64,000 nucleotides of DNA from Octopus sinensis (taxonomy: Eukaryota). Where the stretch lies: contig NC_043007.1 in NCBI RefSeq assembly GCF_006345805.1, forward strand, positions 34,410,001 to 34,474,000, in the 5' to 3' direction. The position numbers and the translations under genes were made by a program. This document shows, piece by piece, positions 37,535 to 51,734 of this stretch. The notes beneath the pieces are model-generated. The model made no database searches. It was not told the DNA's origin and saw only the letters and a list, made by a program, of their open reading frames with translations. Positions within the stretch are counted from its first letter, which is position 1; every line of letters starts with the position of its first letter.

Positions 37535-37540
<6 letters not shown>
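36820..37540. repeat. Perfect inverted repeat: 311-bp arms around a 99-bp (TA)n spacer
   Basis: 36820-37130 is the reverse complement of 37230-37540 with no indels. Confidence 0.93.
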
Positions 37541-37592
<52 letters not shown>

Positions 37593-37842
37593 ATTAAGGA
37601 TAACCTCTTAATAAGGAATCTTGACAAGAAATTATCAGGTAGTTAGCGTGAAAAACCTCATAAGAGAAAAGAATTCGAAAATAATTCTTTTCTTTTGAAC
37701 AAATTAATTATATTTATATTGTATAGAGGGCATTATTACACATAAATGCCTCACACTAAGAGGGACAAAGTCATTACTACCAAAATTACACTAATCATAC
37801 CTAATGCAGTTCTTCAAAGCAAGACATTTAAAAAATGAATTT

Positions 37843-37899
37843 AGTTCTGTATCACCGTGATTTCACATTTAACTTACGTCTATGATCATCAGCAGAACT
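37843..37899 (-). ncRNA. Type I hammerhead ribozyme
   Basis: Reverse complement of 38024-38080 with one loop change; duplicate at 39113-39169. Confidence 0.78.
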
Positions 37900-38023
37900 G
37901 AAAAAGCCCGCCATTTACCGAATATATGATTTATAAACATTCCATGTGCTTGGCCAGAGTGAATAGATGTCTGTTCGTCTCCGCTAGGTAAGTTGGTGGT
38001 TTATTTATGATGTGTTCAGAATC

Positions 38024-38080
38024 AGTTCTGCTGATGATCATAGACGTAAGTTACATGTGAAATCACGGTGATACAGAACT
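38024..38080 (+). ncRNA. Type I hammerhead ribozyme (predicted cut 38073|38074)
   Basis: 7-bp stem I AGUUCUG/CAGAACU; CUGAUGA at 38031-38037; stem II CAU/AUG; GAAA at 38059-38062; self-complementary stem III AUCAC-G-GUGAU; AUA triplet; duplicate at 39295-39351. Confidence 0.8.
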
Positions 38081-38416
38081 AAATTCATTTTTTAAATGTC
38101 TTGCTTTGAAGAACTGCATTAGGTATGATTAGTGTAATTTTGGTAGTAATGATTTTGTCCCTCTTAGTGTGAGGCATTTATGTGTAATAATGCCCTCTAT
38201 ACAATATATATATATATGTATATATATATGTATGTGTGTGTATATGTTTGTGTGTCTGTGTTTGTACCCCCTCCCAACATCGCTTGACAACCGATGCTGG
38301 TGTGTTTACGTCCCCGTAACTTAGCGGTTCGGCAAAAGACACCGATAGAATAAGTACTAGGCTTACAAAAAATAAGTCCTGGTAAAAGTGTAAAAGAGTA
38401 ATATATATATATTAAT

Positions 38417-39804
<1,388 letters not shown>

Positions 39805-40543
39805 TCATGTATGTATATATGTATGTATATTCCTGGTTTTATTTGGAAAATAAACATCCAAGGCTGAACAATATCATCACACCCAACAAGATGATGATCA
39901 TCATTATCCTCCTCCTCCTCCTCCTCATCATCATCATCATTATCATTATCATTATCATCAACAACAAAAGCTGGCTTACTGGTACATGTCTGCGAGCTTC
40001 TTGGAGTAGTTTATTCAACAATATTGACAAGTGAGCATTATGCACTTTGAAACACATAGAAATGCATTATTGTACATCTGAAAATGAATGTGTGCGTAGG
40101 CATTCGTTGTGAATGCTTTTTGAAAGAGCTATCTAAAAGAGAGAAAAAAACAGAATTCTTTCGAGAGATTTTTGGCTTCGCTGCAATATTCTATTCTTTA
40201 TTCAATTGATAGAATGGTTTTTAAATGATCACCTGTGAAAAGCTCTAGGCTAGACAATACAGGCTTTTGCTGAGAAAAGGAAATGCCATATAGAGGTCTG
40301 CTATTGATGGTTTTGCCAATTGTATTCTTTGTTTCCGGAGATCTTAGTGCTAATGGATTTTCTAAAATGCAGATTTAACTTAGTCAACATGTGCACTTAC
40401 ACGTGTGTATGTATGTGTGTGCGCGTGCGTGTGTGTGCGAGTGCATGAATGTGTGTACATATACATATACGTCCACATTCACGCACATATACATATATAC
40501 ATATATATATAATAACAAATTAATGAATAAAACATATGCATAC

Positions 40544-40605
<62 letters not shown>

Positions 40606-40795
40606 GTATATATACATGCATATATGGGTACATGACACACAAAAAAACGTAGAACACGAGAAACGAAAACATAAAAACAAAAACATGGAACCGGGACATT
40701 TTCAAACAACGAAAACACAGAGTACAAGACATACAACACAAGGAACATTCCCCTTATTCAGCTGCCCCTGCTTCGACTACTCCGTGTTTCGAAGG

Positions 40796-40831
<36 letters not shown>

Positions 40832-40852
40832 ACACACGCACATACATATATA

Positions 40853-41956
40853 TCAGGTCATTAGGAATGAAATGACCGATTTTCTTATGCACCAAGTTTG
40901 ACACAGTCGTTCACTCTAATGATTTGTCTTGGCAATTCTTTGTTTTACAACATTGAAAAGTTACGTCGATGATTTGGGAAGTTACGGTGTGAATGAGTGC
41001 ACTGTACGTCGATGGTTTGAGAAGTTCCGGTCTTGAAAATCAACTCCATGGTAGACCTGAGACCAAGGTGGATAATGATGAACTGGAAACTGTAGTGGAA
41101 GCGAATACATCTCAAACTACGAGTGAGTTAGCAGCAAGGTTTGCTGTTTCGATTCCAACTGTATTGGAAATAAATCGGTAAAATAAAGAAGCTGGACAAG
41201 TGGGTACCACACGAACTGAACGAGCATCAAATGACACGTCGTCTTGAAACTTGCTGTTCTTTTCTGTCACGGCATAAAAGCGAACAATTTTTGCATCGTA
41301 TTGTTACGTGTGATGAAAAATGGATTCTTTTTTAGCAAACGTTGTCCACGGTCGTTGGATAGAGACGAAATGCCAAAACACAATCCAAAAAAGAATATTT
41401 ACCCAAAAAAGCTAATGGTGTTTGTTTGGTGGTCTAGTGCTGGTGTCATCCACTAGAGCTTCATGAGACGTAGTAAGTCAATTACAGTGGATGTATACAT
41501 CAACCAATTGGATGAAATGATGAGTGAACTTGCAATTAAACAACCGAGATTGGTCAACAGAAACAGGCCAATTCTCTTGCAAGACAATGCTCGACCATAT
41601 GTTGCACAAAAAAACTCTACTCGAGTTACAACAAATTGAAGTTGGAAGTACTCTGTCATCTATCATATTCACCAGACCTGGCAACAACTGACTATCATGT
41701 TTACCTGGCATTAGACAACATTTTGCAAGGAAAAAAACCTTCAAATCTGAAGAAGATGGAAAAACAGCCTTTCGTGATTTCATCTCCTCTTGCTCTCCAG
41801 AATTCTTCGCCGCCGGCATAAATAAGCTACTGATAAAAAGGAAAAATTGTGTTGACAATTTAGGTGCATGCTTTGAATAACTGCATTGATTTTTGTTGAG
41901 ATAAAGTAAAATAAATTTTCAGTTCAAAATCTGAAGTTTCATTCTTAATGACTTGA
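40853..41956 (+). mobile_element. Mariner (D,D34D) transposon relic
   Basis: TIRs TCAGGTCATTAGGAATGAAA / TTTCATTCTTAATGACTTGA with TA duplication; disrupted transposase with WVPHEL, TCDEKW, QDNARP and YSPDLA motifs. Confidence 0.92.
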
Positions 41957-42379
41957 TATATGCATTTATACTTGTATTTGTCTGTTGTTCAAATACATTT
42001 TACTGGCCACACTAATTTATTTCTATTAGTTCATTTTAGCTTAAATTATGCAAATTACTTTGGCCATAAAATATGTTCTACTCATTTTACTATAAATCTA
42101 AGTCTTTGACCACTGGATATAAGAATGGACAAATGTTGTGCTGACGACACTTATTGAGGCAGGAAGAAGTATTTACCGCTGTCCCTTTATATCCAGACAA
42201 TATACCGTAATGGCATGTCATCTCTGAAAAATTCCGGGTTCTTGAGGTTATCGCACTTTCTGATTTGGAGCTGGTCTCAATCGTTTTTGCTAATTATGAC
42301 ATATATTCCAGAGGCGGAGATAATTTTAATAAATGATTATGTTGTATAGCACTTCTGGATTTCTCTATACATATATATA

Positions 42380-42610
42380 TTTCTTTACTACCCACAAGGG
42401 GCTAAACGTAGAGGGGACAAACAAAGACAGACAAAGGGATTAAGTCGATTATATCGACCCCAGTACGCAACTGGTACTTTATTTATCGACCCCGAAAGGG
42501 ATGAAAGGCAAAGTCGACCTCGGCGTAATTTGAACTCAGAACGTAACGACAGACGAAATAACGCTAAGCGTTTCGCCCGGCGCGCTAACGTTTCTGCCAG
42601 CTCGCCGCCC
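42380..42610 (-). mobile_element. SINE family B
   Basis: Reverse-complement head plus one unit. Confidence 0.85.
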
Positions 42611-44119
42611 TCTATACATATATATGTGTGCATGTGAGCATCTATGTGTGTAAATTTATGTATGTATACACACACACACACACACACACATACGCGCGCA
42701 CATACACACGCACACTGAGGAAAATAAGTTTTCTTCATAAGACTAGGTGTATCAAGAAAAAAAAAATAGAAGCTAAAAATGCACTTGAAGTCTAAAATGA
42801 TTTATTTGTTTATTTTTAATTCACAATTTCATGATTTTTAAAAATAGCGATATGGAAGGGCCTGAGGCTTTGCTGTATTTGTTTTGACTCTGACTGGAGT
42901 TTGAAAATTTGCTCGTTTTTATGGAGAGTTTATGACTTAAATTGCCTTCAGTTGAAATGCAGTTTGATTGGTTGTATAGCGATTTTTGGTTACTGTTAGT
43001 GTAACGCTACTTTTATATGTTTCCTATTTGGAAATAGATAATAAATATATTTTACTTTTGCAGTAAGAATATATATTGATAAACCCGTCACTTATAACTT
43101 ACTTATAAGTGTTATCATTATACGTAAATCCTGACTCCATCTACATAAACGCCATAGCAAGAAATATATTATCCGAAACGCTAACGGATATTTTATGCGT
43201 GCATTATGTTGAAGATAAATAAATTCATGTTCTTTTAACAGCTATAAAAAATACAGTTTTATAATTACAAAAATAAATTTCATTAACAAGTTGAAAAAAC
43301 GTGAAGAAAGAGAACATAATTACTACATTAGTTTATTTATGTACATTTAGCATTTATAGTACAATTAGAAAGTAAAGTAATTTTGTCGTAGAGAATTACG
43401 ACTTAAAATTCACACTAGCTAATTCTTCATACTAACTATTATAGTTCACAACAATTCAGATAAGTCTTATTGGATTTTTATCATAGACATGGCATAAAAA
43501 ATAGCCAATATCTCAAAAGAATGAGTGTCGTGGAGTTTAGTAACATCCCACAAACACTAAAGTTTTCCCCAAAATCCAGGGTTTTTATAACTGCTCAACT
43601 TGACTTTAAAGAATTGAAATCACATAAAAATATTCTTTAACTAATTTTCAGAATTCCTATATGAGCAGTTATTTCAACCAATAGGAAAACGACAATCATA
43701 TTTGTTCGGCAATACGGCATTATGTCATATTGCCAGCTACCACAAATTGGCGCCACTATTTGAAATGGCTGCACGCTACATCTGAAACCAGTCACGAGAT
43801 CAACGGACTATGTGACTGTGAATGGCAGTTGTGCCAAAAAGTTAAGGCTGTATTCGTCTATCGAATGCATCATGCTAAAGCATTGATAACGATTGCTTGT
43901 TATGATCGTGTATTATATCACGTGACAGTAAGCACGATAATTGCATCAAAAGTAAAAGGCTGTATTAACCAAGGGAATATGTATGAACAATAGAGTGTTA
44001 GAATAACTAAAAATAGAGAAATAGTTTACTTGTTTGTATACGACTGATAGTAAGTTGTGCAAATGGATGTCCACGTATTTGCGTGTAAGAAAGTGAACTG
44101 CAGTAGTGTAAAGTCTCTT

Positions 44120-45240
44120 GCTAAAGCTCATTCAATCGGGGCTTGTACTTTTTAAATATATATATATTCTTTAATTGTCTGCATTTGATCAGTGATTTAG
44201 TCCGAACAAATATAATGTAAGAAGATTAGGTATTTAGGTGATTTGTTTGTTGCACATAAGTCTAAATGTTCACTTAGTGGTATCTGTCTGATGGTAGGCT
44301 CCCATATTTGTTGAACATGAATATTGAGTCTGATTTTCGGTGTGCGTTTCGTTTGTTCAGTGTAAACTTCGTTGCATCCATTACATTTGATAGCATAAAT
44401 AAAACGATATTCTTTTATGTGAGAAGATTAGGTATTTAGGTGATTTGTTTGTTTCACATAAGTCTAAATGTTCACTTAGTGGTATCTGTCTGATGGCAGG
44501 TTCCCATATTTGTTGAACATGAATATTGAGTCTGATTTTCGGCGTGCGTTTTGTTTGTTCAGCGTAAACTTCGTTGCATCCATTACATTTGATAGCATAA
44601 ATAAAACGATATTCTTTTATGTGAGAAGATTAGGTATTTAGGTGAATTGTTTGTTTCACATATGTCTAATGTTCACTTAGTGGTATCTGTCTGATGGTAG
44701 ATTCCCTTATTTGTTGAACATGAATATTGAGTCTGATTTTCGGCGGGCGTTTTGTTTGTTCAGTGTAAACATCGTTGCATCCATTACATTTAATAGCATA
44801 AATTAAACGATATTTTTTTATAATGAAAATATATCCTGATTTAAATTTGTGCTTACTATTAGGCGGACATGAGTTTAGCAAATCGGCCGACTATATGTTT
44901 TGACTATTGGTGCTGTGTTTTTGTGGTTGATTTGGCGCTGGTAATTTTTCAAGGATTTTAATTGTCTTTAACTGCTGATTATTTTGTGTTTCAAGTCTTC
45001 TTCTTCACTCTTGGATTTTGCTTCAATAATGGAATGTTTTGATGTGTGATATATATTTCTGTATCTCTTGGAATGTTTATTGTGATGTAATAAGATATTT
45101 CACGTATTTCAATTGATTTTTGTGTTTTGTAATTTAAGTTAATTTTTGTTTATTTCATTATCAATTAACGCTGTTGTGCACTTGTTTTTCAAATAGCATT
45201 TGTTTACATTCTTGAAGACATCTATTTTGAATTTCAAGAT
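44120..45240 (-). mobile_element. Penelope-like element remnant with triplicated GIY-YIG segment
   Basis: IYAIKCNGCNDVYTEQTKRPPKIRLNIHVQQ (44666-44881); 202-bp tandem units starting at 44221, 44423 and 44625. Confidence 0.78.
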
Positions 45241-45479
45241 TGAAAACAATTCATGATATTATTTGCGCTACATGTTTTGATATGTTTCCAGTGACAAAAA
45301 GTAAAGAGTAAGTATTGTGGCAGAACATGTTGTCTTGTAGTGAATGTCGGTTTCGATGCCGGCGTCTTTATTTTTTTAATGATTAATTCATCCGGAAAAG
45401 TTAGTTGCTTTTGACTGTATTCCACTGTGAAATGTTTGTTGCTGTTTATGTTATAAATTATGGCTTTGAAATAATTAAG

Positions 45480-45583
45480 CTGGCAAGACTCTAAGTAGTG
45501 TGTGTGTAAAATTTGAATAAAATCGGTCGGGTAGTTCTCGAGTTTTAGTGATGCACACATACATACATACATACATACATACA

Positions 45584-45617
<34 letters not shown>

Positions 45618-45701
45618 CATACATACATACATACATACATACATACATACAGACAGACAGACAGACAGATAGACAAACATTCTCAGTTTTACATATATAG
45701 A
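45480..45701 (-). mobile_element. 5' part of a Helitron/DINE-like element carrying a (CTGT)n(ATGT)n microsatellite
   Basis: Minus-strand start A|TCTATATATGTAAAA resembles the 14508 Helitron; related piece at 47955-48140. Confidence 0.6.
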
Positions 45702-47281
45702 TATATATACACGCACATACTCATGTGTGTGCGTATGTACGGAAATTCGTACATATGTTATGTTATGTTATGTTATATATGTATGTATGTATGTATGTAC
45801 GTACGTATGCATCCATGCATGTATGTATGCATATATGCATGTATGTATGTGTGTATGTATGTATGTATGTATGTATGTATGTATGTATGTACGTACGTAT
45901 GTATGTATGTATGTATGTATGTATGTACGTATGTATGTATGTATGTATGTATGTATGTATGTATGTATGTATGTATGTATGTATGTATGTATGTATGTAT
46001 GTATGTATGTATGTATGTATGTATGGTTGTATGTATGTATGTGTGTGTGAGAATATACAGAGTTATATTTTGGGAGAATTATGTTTGGCAGTAAATTAAT
46101 CTCACGGGTTGATTGCATTTATTACTCACTTTTTTACCATTTTATTAATAATTAATGCTTATTAATTTCATTATTTATCAATCATTTCAACTCGTTAACT
46201 AATTAAATTATTACAATTAAAAACAGGTCTCTCGCCACGCACCTGCGTATCTTTATACATCTGTTTTTTTTTTTTCAGGCCTTAGTTCTTCTTCATGTGC
46301 AGGAAGATGAACGAAAAGTTCACAAGAGTGCTATCACAGATTTTGATAATGACTAGTGCGAAAAATAGTTAATTAAATATTAGGGAGAAAATTATAACCA
46401 CATTCTATGAGTATGAGAGTTCATTATTGGCAAAGATCACTTCGTTTTCAAATCAACTTGCTAGTTTCATTCTAACAGCACAGTCACACTCACTAGCAAT
46501 ACCAAGTGGCCCAGAGTCCAGCAAAGTGCAAGAAATCCGATTCAGTAGAGCAGCGGATTTTATATACGTGTTAACCTTCTTCTAGGGGGATACCTTTACA
46601 AAAAGCAGGGGTCTCTCATTCCCAGTGGACTTACTGCGCTCTCGGACACTCATCCATGTATTTCTACATCCAGACGTATATTACACGCACACACACGCAT
46701 ACACATACATACATACATACATACATACATACATACATACATACATACATGCATACATACATAAAAACATAATACATACATACATACATACATATATACA
46801 TACATACATACATACATGCATACATACATAAAAACATAATACATACATACATACATGCATGCATGCATACATACATACATACATACATACATACATACAT
46901 ACATACATACATACATACATACATACACACATTATCTATACATATATAAATTATATATACATAGATATCTTTTAATAAACATCATTTAAATAAGAATAAC
47001 TAATAGTTTCATGGGAACACAATAAATCGGCAGATTTACACAACCATGCTTCGAGTTTCCGAACAATCCTTCAGGCTCTCGTTTTTCTCGTGTTTTTTTT
47101 TTCTCGCTCTCAAACACACGCGCACACACACAACCACACATCCTCACGCACACACTCTCACCCCTCTCTCTCCCTCACTCCATCTATCTCCTTCCCTCTC
47201 TTTCTCCCTCTCCCCCTCTCTCTCACACACACATACATATATTTTTTCATTTGTGTATCTTACTTAATGTATGCTCCTTAT

Positions 47282-47950
47282 TAGAAGCCTTTATGCAGTG
47301 AAATTGTCTGAGATAAAATCACATCATAGACATTTTTGTACAAAAAAAAAAAATTAACATCGTCGTTGCAGTGATTCGCACGAACGACAGGCGTATTTCG
47401 CCTCTCTTGAGGCTCGTCAATGCCGTGCACCCGAGAGTTGTCTGTCTAAACGAAATTCGTGTCTCAATATATAAGAAATAGTGGATAAAACGTCCACAGG
47501 TATTGCGGATGCTTGAAGAAATGAAGAAAAACTCGGTGTACAGAATTCGAACTGCTTTAAATGAAAATCGCTTGTCATCTATGTGTCATAAAAAAGAATA
47601 AACACCCGTAGAAGGCCTGATGCTGTGAAATTGTCTGAGATAAAATCTCTCCATAGATTTGTTGTGTTAAAAACATAATATATTACCGAAGCGAGACGAA
47701 CAACGTCGTCACAGACGCGTTTCGGCTTTTTTGAAACTTGTCAATGTCGTGTAGGCAATTGTCACTGTTTTAAACGAAGTTCGTGCGTCGATATCTAGGA
47801 AACAGTGAATAAAAATACTCACTGACGTTGCGGAAGCTTGCCAGGCTGTAGAAAAAGTCGGTGGACACAATAGAGATAGCTTTAAATTTAAGACAACAAA
47901 TCTACGAAAAGATTTTATTTCAGACAGTTCCAAAACAGCATACCGTCTAT
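47282..47950 (-). repeat. Two diverged ~325-bp tandem units, each with a degenerate hammerhead, plus a short inverted copy
   Basis: Unit starts at 47282 and 47609; hammerheads at 47387-47425 and 47710-47748 (minus); inverted ~70 bp at 47880-47949. Confidence 0.62.
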
Positions 47951-48070
47951 TAGGCAAGAAGTTGAAAATGTTTTGGCCCATGACACTCCATGGACTCTAA
48001 GTAGTGTATGTGTAAACTTTGAATGAAATCGGTTGAGAAGTACGCGAGTTTTAGTGATACATACATACAT

Positions 48071-48105
<35 letters not shown>

Positions 48106-48577
48106 CAGACAGACAGACAGACAGACAGACATGATTTTACTTTAATGCTGTTTCATTTCGTATACCGAGTTTGTTTCGATGCTTTAGCAATTCTGCGAAC
48201 CCGCCGCCATTAATATGTATTAACTATTAAATTTACATAATTGGAAAATCCATTTTAGTCATTTAAAAACAAACAGAAGCTGTTAAATTGATTTTTCGAT
48301 AATTTCTTGAGGTGTTAAAATTTTTGTCGCATATCCTCAAGAAATAAATGATAAATGAATTTAATAGTTCTGTTTAAAAAATGTTTTTCGATGGCTCTAA
48401 TTGCTACTCTGCAATGTGACTTCATCACTTCAACACACGGTATCAGATCAAATCACTTGCTAGATAAGTCAAAAATTAAATAAAATGACCGAAAAAATGA
48501 CATTGCAGCCTCATGGTCACAAGTAAGCGACTAGCGACATACTTTCGCTAATTGCTTTGGGTGTCTATATTGCCTAT

Positions 48578-48887
48578 GTGGAGGCGCAATGGCCCAGTGG
48601 TTAGGGCAGCGGACTCGCGGTCGGAGGATCGAGGTTTCGATTCCCAGACCGGGCGTTGTGTGTGTTTATTGAGCGAAAACACCTAAAAGCTCCACGAGGC
48701 TCCGGCAGTGGGTGGTAGTGACCCCCTGTTGTACTCTTTCGCCACAACTTTCTCTCATTCTCTCTTCCTGTTTCTTGAGTAACGCTGTGATGAACTGGTG
48801 TCCCGTCCAGCTGGGAGGAACACATACGCCACATAAACCGGGAAGCCGGGCCCATGAGCCTGGCTAGGCTTCAAAAGGGCGAAAAAA
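48578..48887 (+). mobile_element. tRNA-derived SINE family C
   Basis: A/B-box head; 11-bp TSD ATATTGCCTAT at 48567-48577 and 48888-48898. Confidence 0.88.
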
Positions 48888-49446
48888 ATATTGCCTATAC
48901 TGTTGCGAGCAGATATTAATCCCTCCTCGGATCTTCCACCCTTCACTTAGCGGAATAGTGAGGATGAGATATCTGATAAGAGAGAGGGAGGGCAGAGAAA
49001 GAGAAGTAGAGAACGAGGGAGAGAGATAGAAGGCTGCATCAACACTTGAATGGCACTCATTTTCAGCTGAGTAGACTTGAACAGAGTGAAATATTCTGCC
49101 TTGTTGAAGAATACAACGTGCCACTCGTTCGGACAAACGAACATATGAACGAAGCACTCATAACCAATGAGGCACGTACATAAAACTCCACAATATTTGG
49201 TTGGTTTGACATGTAATATCCTTTCTTAATTTGGCACAAGTTCAGCTTTTTTGAGGGGTACATAAGTCGCTTTAATCGACCCCATTGCTCAACTGGTGCT
49301 TATTTTATCGACTTAGGAAGGATGAAACGCAAAGTCGTCCTTGGCAGAGTTTAAACTCAGAACAAAATCAAAAACAACTAGTAAAGAAATCTTTACATAC
49401 AAAATCTCCGATGGCAAGCGCTCTTCTCTTTTTCCGTATTCCTCAG

Positions 49447-49616
49447 CCAACATGGGGCTAACTTTAAGTGGATTCTATCACTCGAATCATTCTCGCCATA
49501 ATCACCGATCATTTAGCAAATTTCCCAGGAAGCAGCACATCCCTCTCAACCCGCACCTTCCTTTCAATATGGTATTGAGGGCAAGGCCTCACTTCAGTGA
49601 GTCCTTCACCGAAGAG
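49447..49616 (+). CDS. Candidate host exon, possibly first coding exon (MGLTLSGFYHSNHS...ESFTEE)
   Basis: Polypyrimidine tract plus CAG acceptor at 49445-49446; GAG|GTAAGT donor at 49617; only one open frame; AACATGG start context; non-repetitive. No homology recognised. Confidence 0.35.
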
Positions 49617-49894
49617 GTAAGTGTCTGTATTCAGTCCTTTCTGTTTCGTCCGTCATGCGAGTTTACTAATATTGTGCTGTGCTTGGTATTAGTCTGTGCA
49701 AGGGACCAGTAAATTAATCTTGCGGCCGCGAGAATTTGAACTTCTTGCTCATAAATTAGAGCTGATTATAAGAAGCTACAGATTGTGAGTGTCCGAAAAG
49801 TCGCTGTCGTACCTGTAACAACAGGTAAATAAATGTTTTCTCTCGTAGTTCTCATCTTTAATATTAATTTATATTGGGGCGGTGAACTGGCAAA

Positions 49895-50880
49895 ATCGTT
49901 GGCACGCCGAGCAAAGTGCTTAGCGCCTGTCTTTATGTTCTGAGTTCAAATTCCGCCGAGGTTCACTTTGCTTTCATCCTTTCGGGGTCAATAAAATAAG
50001 TACCAATCGAGCACTGGAATTGATGTAATCGACTTACGCCCTACCCCGAAATTGCTAGCCATGTGCCAAAATTTGGAATCATTATCATCATCATCATCAT
50101 CATTATTATTATTATTATTAGAATCTTTAGCACCCCGAGCAAAATGCTTAGCACCATTTCGGCTGTCTTTATGTTCTGAGTTTAAATTCCACTGAGGTTG
50201 ACTTTGCCGTTCATCCTTTCGGGGTCAATGAAATAAGTAACAGTTGAGTTCTGGGATCAATGTAATCGGTTAATACATATTTCTTTACTACTCACAAGGG
50301 GCTAAACACAGAGGGGACAAACAAGGACAGACAAACGGACTAAGTCGATTACATCGACTCCAGTGCGTAACTGGTACTTAATTTATCGACCCCGAAATGA
50401 TGAAAGGCAAAGTCGACCTCGGCGGAATTTGAACTCACAACTTAACGACAGACGAAATACCTATTTCTTTATTATCCACAAGGGGCTAAACACAGAGGGG
50501 ACAAACAAGGACAGACATAGGTATTAAGTCGATTACATCGACCTCAGTGCGTAACTGGTACTTAATTTATCGACCCCGAAAGGATGAAAGGCAAAGTCGA
50601 CCTCGGCGGAATTTGAACTCACAACGTAACGCAGATGAAATACCGCTAAGCATTTCGCCCGGCGTGCTAACGTTTCTGCCAGCTCGCTGCCTCCCACAAA
50701 ATTTCAGGCTTTGTGCCTATAGTAGAAGGGAATATTGATTACTACATTAAGGCTATGAGCTGGCTGAATTGTTAGCACATGGAGCAAAATGCTTAGCAAT
50801 ATTTCATGTGTCTTTGCATTCTGAATTCAAATTCCACCGAGGTCGATTTTGACTTCATCATTTCGGAGTAGATAAAATAG
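49895..50880. mobile_element. SINE family B cluster (plus copies and a minus-strand tandem array at ~50275-50690)
   Basis: Matches to family B. Confidence 0.8.
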
Positions 50881-50884
50881 ACAG

Positions 50885-51064
50885 GAGTGATGTGTGGTAA
50901 GTAGCTTGCTTACCAAGCACATGGTTCCGGGTTCATTTCCACTGCGTGGTACCTTGGGTAAGTGTCTTCTACTATAGCCTTAGGCCGACTAAAGCCTTGT
51001 GAGTGGATTTGGTTGATGGAAACTGAAAGAAGCCCGTCTTATATATATATATATATAATATATA

Positions 51065-51100
<36 letters not shown>

Positions 51101-51305
51101 TGCGTGTGTGTATGTTTGTGTGTCTTTGTCCCCCCAACATCGCTTGACAACCGATGCTGGTGTGTTTACGTCCCCGTAACTTAGCGGTTCAGCAAAAGAG
51201 ACCGATAGAATAAGTACTAGGCTTCCAAAGAATAGGTCCTGGGGTCGATTTGCTCCAGCATGGCCGCAGTCAAATGACTGAAACAAGTAAAAGAGCAAAA
51301 GAGTA
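50885..51305 (+). mobile_element. SINE family A
   Basis: Full copy. Confidence 0.85.
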
Positions 51306-51734
51306 GTTGAACACTGGGACCTATGAAACCGATTTAGACCCTTCTCCGGAATTGCTAGCCTTGTACCAAAATTTAACATCAATATCAATTTGTATTCAGT
51401 TTCACTTATCGTATCTGACTATCGTTACAAAACATCTGATATTTACATTGACCTTTATCGTTTGGAGCCACAGAAATATCTACTTTATATATTTTACATT
51501 AAATATTCAATTGTTAAATTAAATTGTCAACATAACATTTCTTATAGACTATCACGTTCTTTATATCACTATTTATTTGATTTCTTGACAGCAACAAGAC
51601 ACCTTTTGGTAAATGTTAAATGTATTTAACATTCTAGTTACTAGAAATTTTAAATACTTAAGTTCTACTATAGCTGTTAGGTGAGAACAAAACGTCTCTA
51701 ATAATTTATTAAATATCTTCTACGGCTTCTAATA

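Larger units (their letters stand above)
37592..38208. mobile_element. Head-to-head inverted pair of hammerhead-bearing (Penelope pseudo-LTR-like) arms in a (TA)n tract
   Basis: 187-bp arms at 37715-37901 and 38022-38208 with 2 mismatches; each arm holds a complete hammerhead. Confidence 0.75.

Noticed and set aside
37715-38208. Long-TIR MITE interpretation
   Set aside because: Arms contain full hammerheads, one arm's sequence continues asymmetrically to 37592, and no defined TSD is visible; an inverted pseudo-LTR fits better but is unproven.
43730-43993. 87-aa ORF in unique sequence
   Set aside because: Non-ATG start, no convincing splice sites or motifs.
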